Part shown: one piece after another, positions 21,972 through 31,691 of the stretch
Numbering within the stretch: position 1 is the stretch's first letter
Layout of the letters: every line of letters begins with the position of its first letter
Source: Pseudomonadota bacterium
Lineage (GTDB): Bacteria > Pseudomonadota > Gammaproteobacteria > Steroidobacterales > Woeseiaceae
NCBI GenBank assembly: GCA_038524795.1
Contig: JBCBIJ010000014.1
Location: 5,441-69,440, forward strand
Length of the DNA stretch: 64,000 nucleotides
Direction: 5' to 3'
Made by a program: the position numbers and the translations under genes
Notes under the pieces: generated by a model
What the model was told of the DNA's origin: nothing
The model's input: only the letters and a program-made list of their open reading frames with translations
Databases searched by the model: none

Positions 21972-22862
21972 TCAAGCGCTTTGCTTCGCGTCGCCCTTGC
22001 TAGCCAGCGCCAAAGCATTGCCCGCAACGGCGATCACGAGCCCCGCGAGCGCCAGCGCCGACCACCGGTAGCCTTCAAAGAGCGTTGAGATCACGAGCGC
22101 AACCACGGGCAGCATGACCGCGGTGTAGGCTGACTTCGCGGCGCCGATGCGGTCGAGCAGCACGAGGTAGAGCCCGAATGCAACCGCGGTTCCCGGTATC
22201 GCGAGGAACACAAGCGAGCCCAGGTAAGGGAAGCGCCAGTCAAACGAGAACGGCTCACCAAGCAAAAGCGCAAACGCCGCCGAGCACACGGCGCCGATGG
22301 CCATGCCGTGGGCATTCACGGCAACAACGGGCAAACGCCGCCGCGTGTTGGAGATGGCGGCCATGTTGCCGAACGAGGCCATGAGCGCGCCCATGAGGAT
22401 GAGCCCCGCGCCGCGCACCGAATCGTCGGCAAGCGTGAGCTGGCTGACCTCGGGCCAGAACATCATGCCGATTCCGGCGAGCGATAAGGCACTCGCGACG
22501 ACGGCGCCAAGCCGGATCGGTGTGCCGAAGAACACGCGTTCATTGATGAGGTTCATGACCACCATGGCCGTGAACAGCACGGCTACAAGTCCGCTCGTGA
22601 CGTACTCGGTGCCGTGGTAGACGAAGTAGTAGTTTGCCGAGAACATAAAGACACCCTGGGTGGCGACCATGGGCATCTCGGCGCGTGTGATGCGCAGGCG
22701 GCGGCCACGGATGAGACCAAAGATCACGAGTGCGATGGCGGCCAGCGCAAAGCGATACACGAGCGACGCCTGCGGTGACACCGTCCCCAGCTGGAACTTG
22801 ATCATGATCCAGGTCGAGCCCCAGATGAGCACAACCGCGGCGTAGATCAGCGCCGTGTGCAC
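21972..22862 (-). CDS. DMT superfamily (EamA-like) transporter
   Basis: 296 aa with about 10 TM segments. Directly abuts the upstream gene's stop. Confidence 0.8.
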   Translation of the reverse strand: MHTALIYAAVVLIWGSTWIMIKFQLGTVSPQASLVYRFALAAIALVIFGLIRGRRLRITRAEMPMVATQGVFMFSANYYFVYHGTEYVTSGLVAVLFTAMVVMNLINERVFFGTPIRLGAVVASALSLAGIGMMFWPEVSQLTLADDSVRGAGLILMGALMASFGNMAAISNTRRRLPVVAVNAHGMAIGAVCSAAFALLLGEPFSFDWRFPYLGSLVFLAIPGTAVAFGLYLVLLDRIGAAKSAYTAVMLPVVALVISTLFEGYRWSALALAGLVIAVAGNALALASKGDAKQSA

Positions 22863-23975
22863 TCAGGGTGCCGGTTCGGTGCGCGTACGGTAGATGCGGT
22901 AGGGCGCGCCGGCCTCGACCTGCTCGGGACTGCCGAACAGATAGTCCTGCAGTGCGCTGTCGCCGTACCAAAGCGCGCCGTCGTCGCTAACGGCGACGCC
23001 CGAGGGCCAGCGCAGATCTTCTGGCGCCGCGAAGGCGCGCGGACGCCGGTCATCGCTAATACGGATGATCGAGCCGTTCTCAATATCGGTAACCAGCAGA
23101 TCGCCGGCATCGTCGATGGCTACGCCCGCACTCAGCGGCTTATCGCTGTAACGCTCAATGCTGCCCTCAAGCGTTTGCGGTGCCACTGCGGGGTCGCCGA
23201 GCATTTCTGTGGCGACGCGGTAGAGCCCGTCGTGCGAGGTGGCGGCCAGGTACAGCCAACGCTCATCGGCGTCGAGCGCAACGCCCGCGATTCCGGGCAT
23301 TACCGAAAACAAACCGCCGAAGAACTGCATGCGTTTGCCGCGCGCCTCGATCCGGTAGCCCTGGCTGGTCACAGGCATAGCCTGCTCGAGAACGCGCCGC
23401 GCGGTGCCTGAGGCGACGTCATAGACGATCAGTGCGGGTTTGCGGCGGAACAGGCTCGTGTCGGCCACATACACCGTCGCGCCGTCACGGGTGACGGCTA
23501 ACGACTGCAGGAAGCTGCCGCGGGGCGCAGTCGCGCCGTCGAAACTGTGCTCGTGGACGCGCTCGCCTGAGTCGGCGTCGAAGGCCATGAGCCGGGCGGG
23601 GGCCGTGCCGTGCTTGCCGTGGTCCAGCACCCAGAGCCGGTTGTTGCCGTCGAGTGCCAGGCCCAGGGGCGTTATGAAGTCGTCTTGCTGTGCAGCGCCG
23701 TCCGGAAACGGCGCGGCGATGCCGTCCTCGATGCGCAGCAGTTGGTTGCCCTGTGGGCGAGAGGCTGAGTGCACCGTGAAGAACACGCGCTCGCGATCGC
23801 CGACCGCGATGCCCCCGATGGGCTCGGCGTACTCGAACACAATTTCGGTGCGGGTTGCATCCGAGCCCTGCTGAATTACGAGTTCAGGGTAAGGACGCCC
23901 GCCGCCGTAAATCAGACGTACGACGAGCAGGGCGACGAGAAACAGGGCGGCAAAGCCCAGTAACACGCGAGTCAT
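22863..23975 (-). CDS. MRJP/yellow-like beta-propeller protein (membrane-anchored or secreted)
   Basis: N-terminal TM/signal segment. NRLWVLDHGKHG, VYVADT, ALIVYDVASG and LYLAATSHDGLYRV resemble the major-royal-jelly/yellow family pattern. From memory, not HMM-verified. Confidence 0.55.
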   Translation of the reverse strand: MTRVLLGFAALFLVALLVVRLIYGGGRPYPELVIQQGSDATRTEIVFEYAEPIGGIAVGDRERVFFTVHSASRPQGNQLLRIEDGIAAPFPDGAAQQDDFITPLGLALDGNNRLWVLDHGKHGTAPARLMAFDADSGERVHEHSFDGATAPRGSFLQSLAVTRDGATVYVADTSLFRRKPALIVYDVASGTARRVLEQAMPVTSQGYRIEARGKRMQFFGGLFSVMPGIAGVALDADERWLYLAATSHDGLYRVATEMLGDPAVAPQTLEGSIERYSDKPLSAGVAIDDAGDLLVTDIENGSIIRISDDRRPRAFAAPEDLRWPSGVAVSDDGALWYGDSALQDYLFGSPEQVEAGAPYRIYRTRTEPAP

Positions 23976-23996
23976 TCAGACATTCCGGACGAGCAA

Positions 23997-24647
23997 TCAG
24001 CCGCGATGATCGTGCAAGCGCAGAACTTGATCAACACACCGCGTGACGTGCGCCTCGCGCTCATCCGGGTCGATGTCCGTCATATGGCGCATGAGGCGAC
24101 GCTTTAGATAATGCGATTCGACGAGACACAAAAAGTCACTGGCGGCCCGCTTCGGGTCATCGATCTGGCACTCGCCGCGCGCGCTACGCTCACTCAGCAC
24201 GTGCGAGATGGCGGCGAGCGTTTGTTCGGGTCCCGTCTCCCAGAACGCATAGGACAGCTTGGGAAAGGCCGTGGTTTCGGCGATGAGCAGCCGGTACATG
24301 GACACCACGTCCTCGTCGGACAACAGGTCGAGGAAGCGGCGCGCCGTGGTCTCAAGGACCTCGCGGAGCGGCGTCTCGTCCGCAAAGTCCTTCATGTCGA
24401 GCCCATAGCGGCGGATTTTGGTCAGGATGCACTCGCGAAACAGCGCGTCCTTGTTCGCGAAGTGCGAATAGACGGTCTGTTTGGAAACCCCGGCGGCCGT
24501 GGCAATGGCGTCCATCGAGGTGCGTTCGTAGCCCTCGCTCATGAAATGGCCCGTGGCCGCACGCATGATCGCCATGCGCTTGCTGTCGCTCTTGGGGCGG
24601 CCAGCGCGCGTCGGCGTCGGTTCAGTGTTGGGCAGGGCCTCGCTCAT
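23997..24647 (-). CDS. TetR/AcrR family transcriptional regulator
   Basis: The HTH region FMSEGYERTSMDAIATAAGVSKQTVYSHFANKDALF is the canonical TetR N-domain. Divergent from the RND operon. ATG at 24647. Confidence 0.9.
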   Translation of the reverse strand: MSEALPNTEPTPTRAGRPKSDSKRMAIMRAATGHFMSEGYERTSMDAIATAAGVSKQTVYSHFANKDALFRECILTKIRRYGLDMKDFADETPLREVLETTARRFLDLLSDEDVVSMYRLLIAETTAFPKLSYAFWETGPEQTLAAISHVLSERSARGECQIDDPKRAASDFLCLVESHYLKRRLMRHMTDIDPDEREAHVTRCVDQVLRLHDHRG

Positions 24648-24760
24648 AATCAAACTGGACAGTTCCGTAATTGTTGTCTAATATCAAACTATACCGTCTA
24701 GTATATCACTCACGCCTCCACACGCCACTCCGGCGTGTTTCCCCCAAAGAGGACACCGAC
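24648..24760. promoter_or_regulatory. divergent TetR / RND promoter-operator region
   Basis: A 113-bp AT-richer spacer. It contains a direct repeat of ATCAAACT (24649-24656 and 24683-24690) and the inverted repeat TATAC-cgtcta-GTATA (24690-24705). The operator assignment is a guess. Confidence 0.3.
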
Positions 24761-25924
24761 ATGCGCCCCTTTTCGCGCCCCATCCGGACAATTCCGGCCC
24801 TTGCCTGCATGATCCTGCTCGCCGCCTGTGGCGACGCGCCGCCGCCGCCCGAAGCGCCCAGCGCGCTGGCCATTGCCCCCTACACGGCCGTAGAGGTCGA
24901 TAGTTACGAGGTCGCTCAACGCTTCAGCGGCCAGGTCGAGGCCGCGCGTCGTTCGTCGCTGGGCTTCGAACTCGGCGGTGAATTGGCCGCCGTGCTGGTC
25001 GACGAGGGCGCAACGGTAAGCGCCGGGACCGTGCTGGCACGGCTCGACACGGCCCGCCTCATCGCCGCGCGCGCCGAGGCGAGCGCGGCCGTCGATCAGT
25101 CTCGGGCGCAGGCTGAGCTGGCTGCCGCCACGCTCAAGCGTGTTGAGGGCGCGCTCGAATTTGACGGTGTGTCGATCCAGGAGGTCGACGAGGCGCGCGA
25201 GCGCTCGCAGCGCACTGACGCAGCGGCGATTGCTGCCGAGGCGCAATTGCGCCGCATCGAGATCGACCTCGCCAAGTCCGAAATCCGCGCGCCTTACGAT
25301 GCGGCTGTCGTGGGTCGCTTCGCCGACGAAGGGCAGGTGTTGGGTGCGGGCCAGGCCGTGCTCGAAGTCCAGGAGGCCGCATCGCTTGAGGTTCGGCTGT
25401 CCGTCACGGGCGACGTTGTGGACTCACTCGCGAACGGCGCCCGGGTCGAACTCGATATCGATGGGCGTGCCGCGGCTGCAACGGTCGGCGCTGTGATCGC
25501 GCGACGCGACCTGCGCACGCGCGCCATCGAGGTCATCCTCGAACTCGATGACGGCGCACCGGCCCGGGTCGGTGACATCGCCGAACTGCGCTTCGACCGC
25601 ACTGTCCGTGACACGGGCTTCTGGGTGCCCGTTGACGCGCTGACCGAAGGGGCACGTGGGGTCTGGAACGTACTTGCCGTGCGCGAGGGCGACCGTGGCA
25701 ACAGCGATACTGAGGCGTCCAAGCGCACGGGCGCCACGCATGTGCTCGAGCGTCGCCCCGTCGAGATCATCTACCAGGAGGCGGACCGCGTGTTCGTGCG
25801 CGGTGCGCTTGAAGACGGTGACACGATCGTCGGTGGTGGCTTGCACCGCGTGGTCGCGGGGCAGGGTGTGCGCATCGCGCCCCAGCTGCGCGCCGAGAAC
25901 GACGCCGGGGTCGAAGCGCCATGA
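24761..25924 (+). CDS. RND efflux periplasmic adaptor (membrane fusion protein), lipoprotein
   Basis: AGAGGA RBS and ATG at 24761. Lipobox LLAAC, coiled-coil hairpin and barrel-sandwich motifs. Its stop overlaps the next ATG (ATGA). Confidence 0.85.
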   Translation: MRPFSRPIRTIPALACMILLAACGDAPPPPEAPSALAIAPYTAVEVDSYEVAQRFSGQVEAARRSSLGFELGGELAAVLVDEGATVSAGTVLARLDTARLIAARAEASAAVDQSRAQAELAAATLKRVEGALEFDGVSIQEVDEARERSQRTDAAAIAAEAQLRRIEIDLAKSEIRAPYDAAVVGRFADEGQVLGAGQAVLEVQEAASLEVRLSVTGDVVDSLANGARVELDIDGRAAAATVGAVIARRDLRTRAIEVILELDDGAPARVGDIAELRFDRTVRDTGFWVPVDALTEGARGVWNVLAVREGDRGNSDTEASKRTGATHVLERRPVEIIYQEADRVFVRGALEDGDTIVGGGLHRVVAGQGVRIAPQLRAENDAGVEAP

Positions 25925-28900
25925 AGCCGCGCGGCAAACAGAGCGGCGTCTCGCGCGCCGCCGAACGCTTGTACGAGAACGGCTACCTGCTCTGGCTCAC
26001 GATCATCATCGTGTTGCTTGCGGGCTGGTCGTCGCTGTCCAACCTGCCGCGGATCGAAGACCCGCGCATCACCAACCGTTACCCCAACGTCATCACGTTG
26101 CTGCCGGGCGCCTCGGCCGAGCGCGTGGAAGCGCTGGTCACGGAGAAGCTCGAGGACGCGCTCGAGGAACTCAACGAGATCAAGAAGATCGAGTCGACCT
26201 CGCGCAACGGCATCTCATCGCTCTCCATCGAGCTCGCTGACGACATTGGTCCCGGCGAGAACGAGCAGGTCTTCTCGAAGATCCGCGATCGCATTAGCGA
26301 CACCGTGCCCGACCTGCCCGAGGGCGCGTCCGAACCCATTTTCGATGACAAGATCGAGGCCGTGGCCTTCAGTGTGCTCGTCGCCGTGCGTTGGACGCAG
26401 CCTGGTGATCCGCCGCTGGGGCTTATGTACCGCATCTCGGATCAGCTCGCCGAGGAACTTCGAGCCCTGTCGGGCACTGACATTGTGCGCTACTACGGCG
26501 AGCCCGAAGAGGAAATTAGCGTCACTGTAGACCCGGATACTCTGGCGCAAATGGGGCTGACCGCTGGCGATGTGTCGCGCCTCATCGCCGCAGGTGACCC
26601 GAAACTGCCTGCGGGTGCGCTGCGCAACAACAACCGCAACCTGTTCCTTGAAGTCGAGGGCGAGTTTGATTCCGCTGCTACGGTCGCCAACACCCCGCTG
26701 GTTCAGAACCAAAGTGGTGGCGCAATCCGACTCGGTGACATCGCCGACGTGCGCCGCGGCTGGCGCGAGCCTGCCGAGGAGATCGCGTGGACCAACGGGT
26801 CGCGCAGCGTTTTGCTGGGCGTGCGTACCGACGAGAACATTCGCCTTGATCGCTGGGCTGTGCGTGCGCGTGACGCCGTGCACGCCTTCAATGAACAGCT
26901 CGGCGCGGGCGCCGAGGCCACCATTGTGTTCGACCAGAGCCGCTACACCGAGGCCAGGCTCTCGACCCTGGGCGGCAACCTCATGGCAGGTGCGCTGGTC
27001 GTCATGCTCGTCGTCTTTGTCGGTATGGGCTGGCGCGCCGCGCTAATCGTCGGCTCGGCGCTGCCTTTGTCGGCATCCATCACGGTGTTTGGCCTGGGTC
27101 CCGCGGGTCAGCAGATCCACCAGATGTCGATTTTCGGGATGATCGTGGCCATTGGTCTGCTCATCGATGCCGCGATCGTGATGACCGACGAGGTGAAGAA
27201 GCATCTCGACGCGGGCAGCGAACGCAAAGCCGCACTGCGCCACGCCGTGAGCCACCTCTTTGTGCCCCTGTTAGCCTCAACGCTGACCACCGTGCTTGGC
27301 TTTATGCCCGTGTTCCTGTTGCCGGGTGCCATGGGCGATTTCGTCGGCCCAATCGCCATTTCCGTGGTGCTCGCGCTGACGGCGTCATTCGTGTTGGCCG
27401 TGTCGGTGATACCGGCGCTGGCGGCGCGTTTTATCCGCCGTTGTGAGCCCGGCCAGCAACGTCACTGGTGGAGCGACGGCGCGAGCAATGAGCGCCTCGC
27501 GCAGCGTTACCGAAAACTGGTCACGGCAGCCGTGCGCCGCCCCGTCGTCACCCTCCTGGCTTGCCTCGTACTGCCGATCTCGGGCTTCGTGCTTGCGGGC
27601 ACACTTGGGCAAGAGTTTTTCCCAACGGCCGATCGCGACCAGTTCGAGATTCAGGTCTGGATGCCGTCAGGTACCGCGATCGAGGCGACCAGCGATCTCA
27701 CGCGTGAGATCGACGAGCGGCTCGCGCGCGAGGCCGGCATCACCGATGTGCACTGGCTTGTGGGACACAGCTTCCCAACGATCTACTACAACCGCATCAT
27801 GCGGAACCGCAACAACTCCGCGTACGCGCAAGCTGTGGTGTTTACGGACACGGTCGAGAGTGCCGACGCGCTAACACGCGTGCTGGGTGCGGAGCTTTCG
27901 GACGCCTTCCCCGACGCGCGCATTGTCGTGAACCCCTACTCGCAGGGGCCGCCCGTTGAGGCGCCCGTGGGCTTCACCATTGAGGGCCCTGACGTGGGAG
28001 AGCTGATCCGTCTTGGCAACGAGGCGCGGCGCGTGATGCATACGATTCCTGAAATCGTGCAGACGCGATCCTCGATCACGGGTGGCGAGCCCAAGCTCTC
28101 GTTTATCGCTGACGAGATCGCCGTGCGCCAGGCCGGGCTCACGCTCGACGCCGTCGCCGGGCAGCTGCAGGCCAGTCTCGAGGGCCGCACGGGCGGTTCG
28201 GTGCGCGAAGGTCGTGAAGAGCTGCCCGTGCGCATTCGCTACCGTGCTGATGCGCGTGACGCGCTGGACTCCCTGAATGCCGCCAAGCTAGTCACGAGCG
28301 GCGCCGTCATCGACGCGCAGAACATTGGCGCGCTCGAGCTAACGCCCGAGTCGGGCCGGATTTCGCGCCGCGACAGCGTGCGTGCCAACAAGGTACTCGG
28401 TTACATCACGCGTGACGCGCTCGCCGTCGATGTCGCCAATGCCATTTCCGTCGCGCTGGACGAGGCCGGTTTCGAGTTGCCGCCGGGCTACACGCTGCGT
28501 GCGGCCGGTGACAGTGACGCGCAGGCCGATGCCATCGGCAATCTGCTGACCTACCTGCCAATCCTGGGCATGCTCATGCTCGCCACGATCATCCTGTCCT
28601 TCCGCAGCATTCGGCTCGCGACCGTCATCGCCATTGTGGCGTTCCTTTCGGTCGGGCTGGGCATGCTGGGCCTCTGGATTGGTGGCTACGCGCGCGGCTT
28701 TAACGCCGTGATCGGTGTTGCAGGCCTCATTGGTGTGGCCATCAACGGCACGATTGTCGTGATTGCCGCGATCCGCTCCGATGCGGGCGCCTGCGCGGGC
28801 GACTGCGAGGGCATCGTTGAAGCCACGGTCGGCGCGACGCGTCACATCGTGTCGACGGTATTCACAACGATCGGCGGTTTCGTCCCGCTGATTCTCTCCG

Positions 28901-29058
28901 GCGGCACATTCTGGCCACCCCTGGCCATCGTCATCGCCGGTGGTGTCGGCTTCTCGATCACGTTGTCGCTGTTCTTCACGCCGGCCGTGTACCGGCTGCT
29001 CTGCCAGATTGGTGAACGGACAGGCAAACCTTTGGCGCTCGCGGAGGTGCCGGCATGA
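25921..29058 (+). CDS. RND efflux transporter permease (AcrB/HAE family)
   Basis: 1045 aa with 12-TM AcrB-like topology and two large periplasmic loops. Confidence 0.9.
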   Translation: MKPRGKQSGVSRAAERLYENGYLLWLTIIIVLLAGWSSLSNLPRIEDPRITNRYPNVITLLPGASAERVEALVTEKLEDALEELNEIKKIESTSRNGISSLSIELADDIGPGENEQVFSKIRDRISDTVPDLPEGASEPIFDDKIEAVAFSVLVAVRWTQPGDPPLGLMYRISDQLAEELRALSGTDIVRYYGEPEEEISVTVDPDTLAQMGLTAGDVSRLIAAGDPKLPAGALRNNNRNLFLEVEGEFDSAATVANTPLVQNQSGGAIRLGDIADVRRGWREPAEEIAWTNGSRSVLLGVRTDENIRLDRWAVRARDAVHAFNEQLGAGAEATIVFDQSRYTEARLSTLGGNLMAGALVVMLVVFVGMGWRAALIVGSALPLSASITVFGLGPAGQQIHQMSIFGMIVAIGLLIDAAIVMTDEVKKHLDAGSERKAALRHAVSHLFVPLLASTLTTVLGFMPVFLLPGAMGDFVGPIAISVVLALTASFVLAVSVIPALAARFIRRCEPGQQRHWWSDGASNERLAQRYRKLVTAAVRRPVVTLLACLVLPISGFVLAGTLGQEFFPTADRDQFEIQVWMPSGTAIEATSDLTREIDERLAREAGITDVHWLVGHSFPTIYYNRIMRNRNNSAYAQAVVFTDTVESADALTRVLGAELSDAFPDARIVVNPYSQGPPVEAPVGFTIEGPDVGELIRLGNEARRVMHTIPEIVQTRSSITGGEPKLSFIADEIAVRQAGLTLDAVAGQLQASLEGRTGGSVREGREELPVRIRYRADARDALDSLNAAKLVTSGAVIDAQNIGALELTPESGRISRRDSVRANKVLGYITRDALAVDVANAISVALDEAGFELPPGYTLRAAGDSDAQADAIGNLLTYLPILGMLMLATIILSFRSIRLATVIAIVAFLSVGLGMLGLWIGGYARGFNAVIGVAGLIGVAINGTIVVIAAIRSDAGACAGDCEGIVEATVGATRHIVSTVFTTIGGFVPLILSGGTFWPPLAIVIAGGVGFSITLSLFFTPAVYRLLCQIGERTGKPLALAEVPA

Positions 29059-30467
29059 AGCGCGCGACAGGCATTCTCTTAAGCGTGGCGGTACTGGCGG
29101 GTTGTGCCGCTGGCCCCGACTATGAGGCACCGAGCTTCGGTGACGAGGCCGAATGGCGCCAGAGCGTCGACGCAGAAGCCGTTGGCGACGCGGGCTGGTG
29201 GGTCGACTATGACGACCCGACGCTTGCGGCGCTTGTGGCTCAGGCTCTTGACCAGAACCGCGAACTCGAGGCAGCCCTGGCCCGTGTCGAGGCTGCTGTT
29301 GCGGGTCGCCGCGCGGCTTTTGGTGCCCGGCTGCCTGCTGTCATCGCCGACGCGCGTTACACCAATTTCGAACAGAGTCTTGTCACGCCGCGGGTGGCCG
29401 AGCAGCTCATCCGCTCGGGCATCATTCCGCGCGATGGTGAGTTCTACAACACCACGCTGGAGGCGAGCTGGGAGCTTGATCTCGCCGGTGGCATTCGGCG
29501 CAGCGTCGAGCGCGCAGATGCGCAGGCGCAGGCCGCCGTTGCGGCGGCCGAGGCCGTCGCATTGCAGGTTGCCGCCGAGACCGTGTCGGCCTACACCGAC
29601 TGGCAGACGTTTTCGCATCGCGTTATCGCGGCAGAGCGCAACGTGGCATTGCAGGCGGAGTCGCTGGCGATCATCGAAGGCAAGGTCCGGCTTGGCCTCA
29701 GTCGCCGGCTGGATGCCGTGCGCGCAGGCTCGGCGCTGGCAGAGCTCAAGGGCCGTGTGCCGCCGCTCGTCGCGGCGCGAGAGGCCGCGTTGGAACGGCT
29801 TGCCGTGCTGGTCGGCAGCGAGTCTTCGGCGCTTGCGCTGACCGTGCGTGACCCCGATCCCGCGGGGCCCGGCACCATTGCAGCGGGGCTCAAAAGCGAT
29901 GTGCTGCGTCGGCGTCCCGACGTGCGCGCCGCCGAACGAACGCTGGCCGCCGCAGTGGCGGATCAAGGTGTTGCCGCGGCGGCGTTCTTCCCCAGCCTGA
30001 CTTTGTCGGCCAGTGGCGGTTTCGAAGCGGGCGCCACGAGCGACCTGTTAAGTGGTGATGCCCGGAGCATCAACGTGTTGCCATTCCTGCGTTGGCCCGT
30101 GTTCCAAGGTGGTCGCCTGCGCGCGGCCAAAGCCAAAGCCGACGCGCGCCAGCGTGAGGCGTTGGCCAACTACGAGCAGGCGGTTCTGCGTGCTTTCGCA
30201 GACAGCGAATCGGCGATCGCAGGCTACTCGGCGGCGAACCAGGCCGTACTCGCCGTCCGTGAGGCGCAGAAGCTGGCGGCGGAGGCCGAGTCGCTGGCCG
30301 CACGGTTGTACCGCGAAGGTCTCGTGGATTACCTGGCTCTGCTGGACGCGCAGCGCCAGCTCGCGACGGTTGATGATGCGCTGGCGGCGGCCGAAGGCGA
30401 AGTCCTGTTGGCCGCAACGCGGCTCTACAAGGCGCTTGGCGGTGACTGGGACAGCGCCGGGTCGTAG
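29055..30467 (+). CDS. efflux outer-membrane factor lipoprotein, NodT family
   Basis: Lipobox LAGC followed by GPDY. Two OEP repeats. ATGA overlap with the permease gene. Confidence 0.9.
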   Translation: MKRATGILLSVAVLAGCAAGPDYEAPSFGDEAEWRQSVDAEAVGDAGWWVDYDDPTLAALVAQALDQNRELEAALARVEAAVAGRRAAFGARLPAVIADARYTNFEQSLVTPRVAEQLIRSGIIPRDGEFYNTTLEASWELDLAGGIRRSVERADAQAQAAVAAAEAVALQVAAETVSAYTDWQTFSHRVIAAERNVALQAESLAIIEGKVRLGLSRRLDAVRAGSALAELKGRVPPLVAAREAALERLAVLVGSESSALALTVRDPDPAGPGTIAAGLKSDVLRRRPDVRAAERTLAAAVADQGVAAAAFFPSLTLSASGGFEAGATSDLLSGDARSINVLPFLRWPVFQGGRLRAAKAKADARQREALANYEQAVLRAFADSESAIAGYSAANQAVLAVREAQKLAAEAESLAARLYREGLVDYLALLDAQRQLATVDDALAAAEGEVLLAATRLYKALGGDWDSAGS

Positions 30468-30833
30468 ATGAACGGCTTGCCCGGCAACCGCGCGACGTTG
30501 CGTCTGGTGCTGGGCTTGGCGCTTGTGGCCAGTGCGGCCGCGTCGCTGATCTTCATGCTGCTGATCGTGGCCAGCACAGACTGGGACGAGGCCTGGCTTC
30601 AGTTTGCCTTGTTGCCCGTGGCGCTGCTGCTGGTATTCGCGGCGGGCCTCGTACTTATCGCGCACTGGCGTCGCACGAGCGCCAGCGTGCTGCCGCCGTC
30701 CGTACCCGTTCTAGTGGCCGGATTCGTGCTCGTGCTCGGTGCGCAGGTGGCCTTTATCGGCGCGGTCTGGGCCGGCATCGCCTGTATGGCCTTTGGCCTC
30801 GGCATGCTGTTGTTGCGGGGCCGCGTTACCTGA
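30468..30833 (+). CDS. small 4-TM membrane protein, last gene of the RND operon
   Basis: Its ATG immediately follows the OMF stop (TAGATG). 121 aa with four hydrophobic segments. No family recognised. Confidence 0.55.
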   Translation: MNGLPGNRATLRLVLGLALVASAAASLIFMLLIVASTDWDEAWLQFALLPVALLLVFAAGLVLIAHWRRTSASVLPPSVPVLVAGFVLVLGAQVAFIGAVWAGIACMAFGLGMLLLRGRVT

Positions 30834-30839
30834 GGCCCG

Positions 30840-31691
30840 TCAGCCGTTGACCGCGGTAGATACGCCGAGTGCTGCCGTGAGCGCCTCGAGTGCTTCGGCG
30901 GCGCCCGTCGATACCTTGGCCGTGGCGATGTCGTCCGCACGCGTACGGCCCCGATTCATGATGTAGAGCGGCTTATCCAATTCGCGCGTGCGCCGCGCGA
31001 AGCGAAAGCCCGAGAACACCATGAGTGACGAGCCCACGACGAGCAGCGCGTTTGCATTCGCAACAGCATCGTAGGCGGCGTCGACGCGCTCGCGCGGCAC
31101 GTTCTCGCCAAAGAACACGACTTCAGGTTTGATGATGCCCCCGCAGCGTGGGCAGTCGGGTACGGTGAACGCGCTGTAGTCGGCGCCTTCGATGATGGCG
31201 TCGCCGTCGGGCGCCTCGCGCACCGAGGAGACCAGCGCGCGGAACTCGCGATTGGCGTCGGCGATCGTGCCTTGCCAGTCGGCACGCGGCAGCACGAGGC
31301 CGCAGTTCTGGCAGGCCACCTCGTCGAGCCGGCCGTGCAGGTCGATGACATCGTGACTGCCGGCGGCCTGGTGCAGGCCGTCAACGTTTTGCGTGATCAG
31401 CCGCTCAACGTGGCCTGCGCGCTGGAGCTGCGCGAGCGCCGCGTGCGCGCGGCCTGGCTGGGCCTCGTTCATGCGCGGCCAGCCCAGCATGCTGCGCGCC
31501 CAGTAGCGCTGGCGCACGGCGCCTTGTTCCATGAAGTCCGCGTACATCACGGGGCGGGCATTTTTCCATTCGCCCTCGTCGTCGCGGTAGTCGGGAATGC
31601 CCGAGTCGGTGCTGCAGCCGGCGCCCGTGAGCACCGCGACGCGGCCCCCATGGTCGAGCAGTTCCGCCAGCGCCTCGATAGGTTCGTTCAT
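30840..31691 (-). CDS. NAD-dependent protein deacylase, Sir2 family
   Basis: GAGCSTDSGIPDYR, QNVDGLH, IDLHG and the zinc ribbon CQNCG...CPRCGG. The ATG at 31691 overlaps the upstream stop (ATGA). Confidence 0.85.
   Translation of the reverse strand: MNEPIEALAELLDHGGRVAVLTGAGCSTDSGIPDYRDDEGEWKNARPVMYADFMEQGAVRQRYWARSMLGWPRMNEAQPGRAHAALAQLQRAGHVERLITQNVDGLHQAAGSHDVIDLHGRLDEVACQNCGLVLPRADWQGTIADANREFRALVSSVREAPDGDAIIEGADYSAFTVPDCPRCGGIIKPEVVFFGENVPRERVDAAYDAVANANALLVVGSSLMVFSGFRFARRTRELDKPLYIMNRGRTRADDIATAKVSTGAAEALEALTAALGVSTAVNG

Noticed and set aside
30840-31691. Sir2 gene considered as part of a known anti-phage system (Thoeris ThsA, DSR, SIR2-HerA or pAgo-associated).
   Set aside because: The protein is a short canonical Zn-ribbon sirtuin. 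It has no SLOG, HerA, Argonaute or TIR partner nearby, and no mobile-element context. Only the coupling to the beta-CASP gene is retained as a finding.
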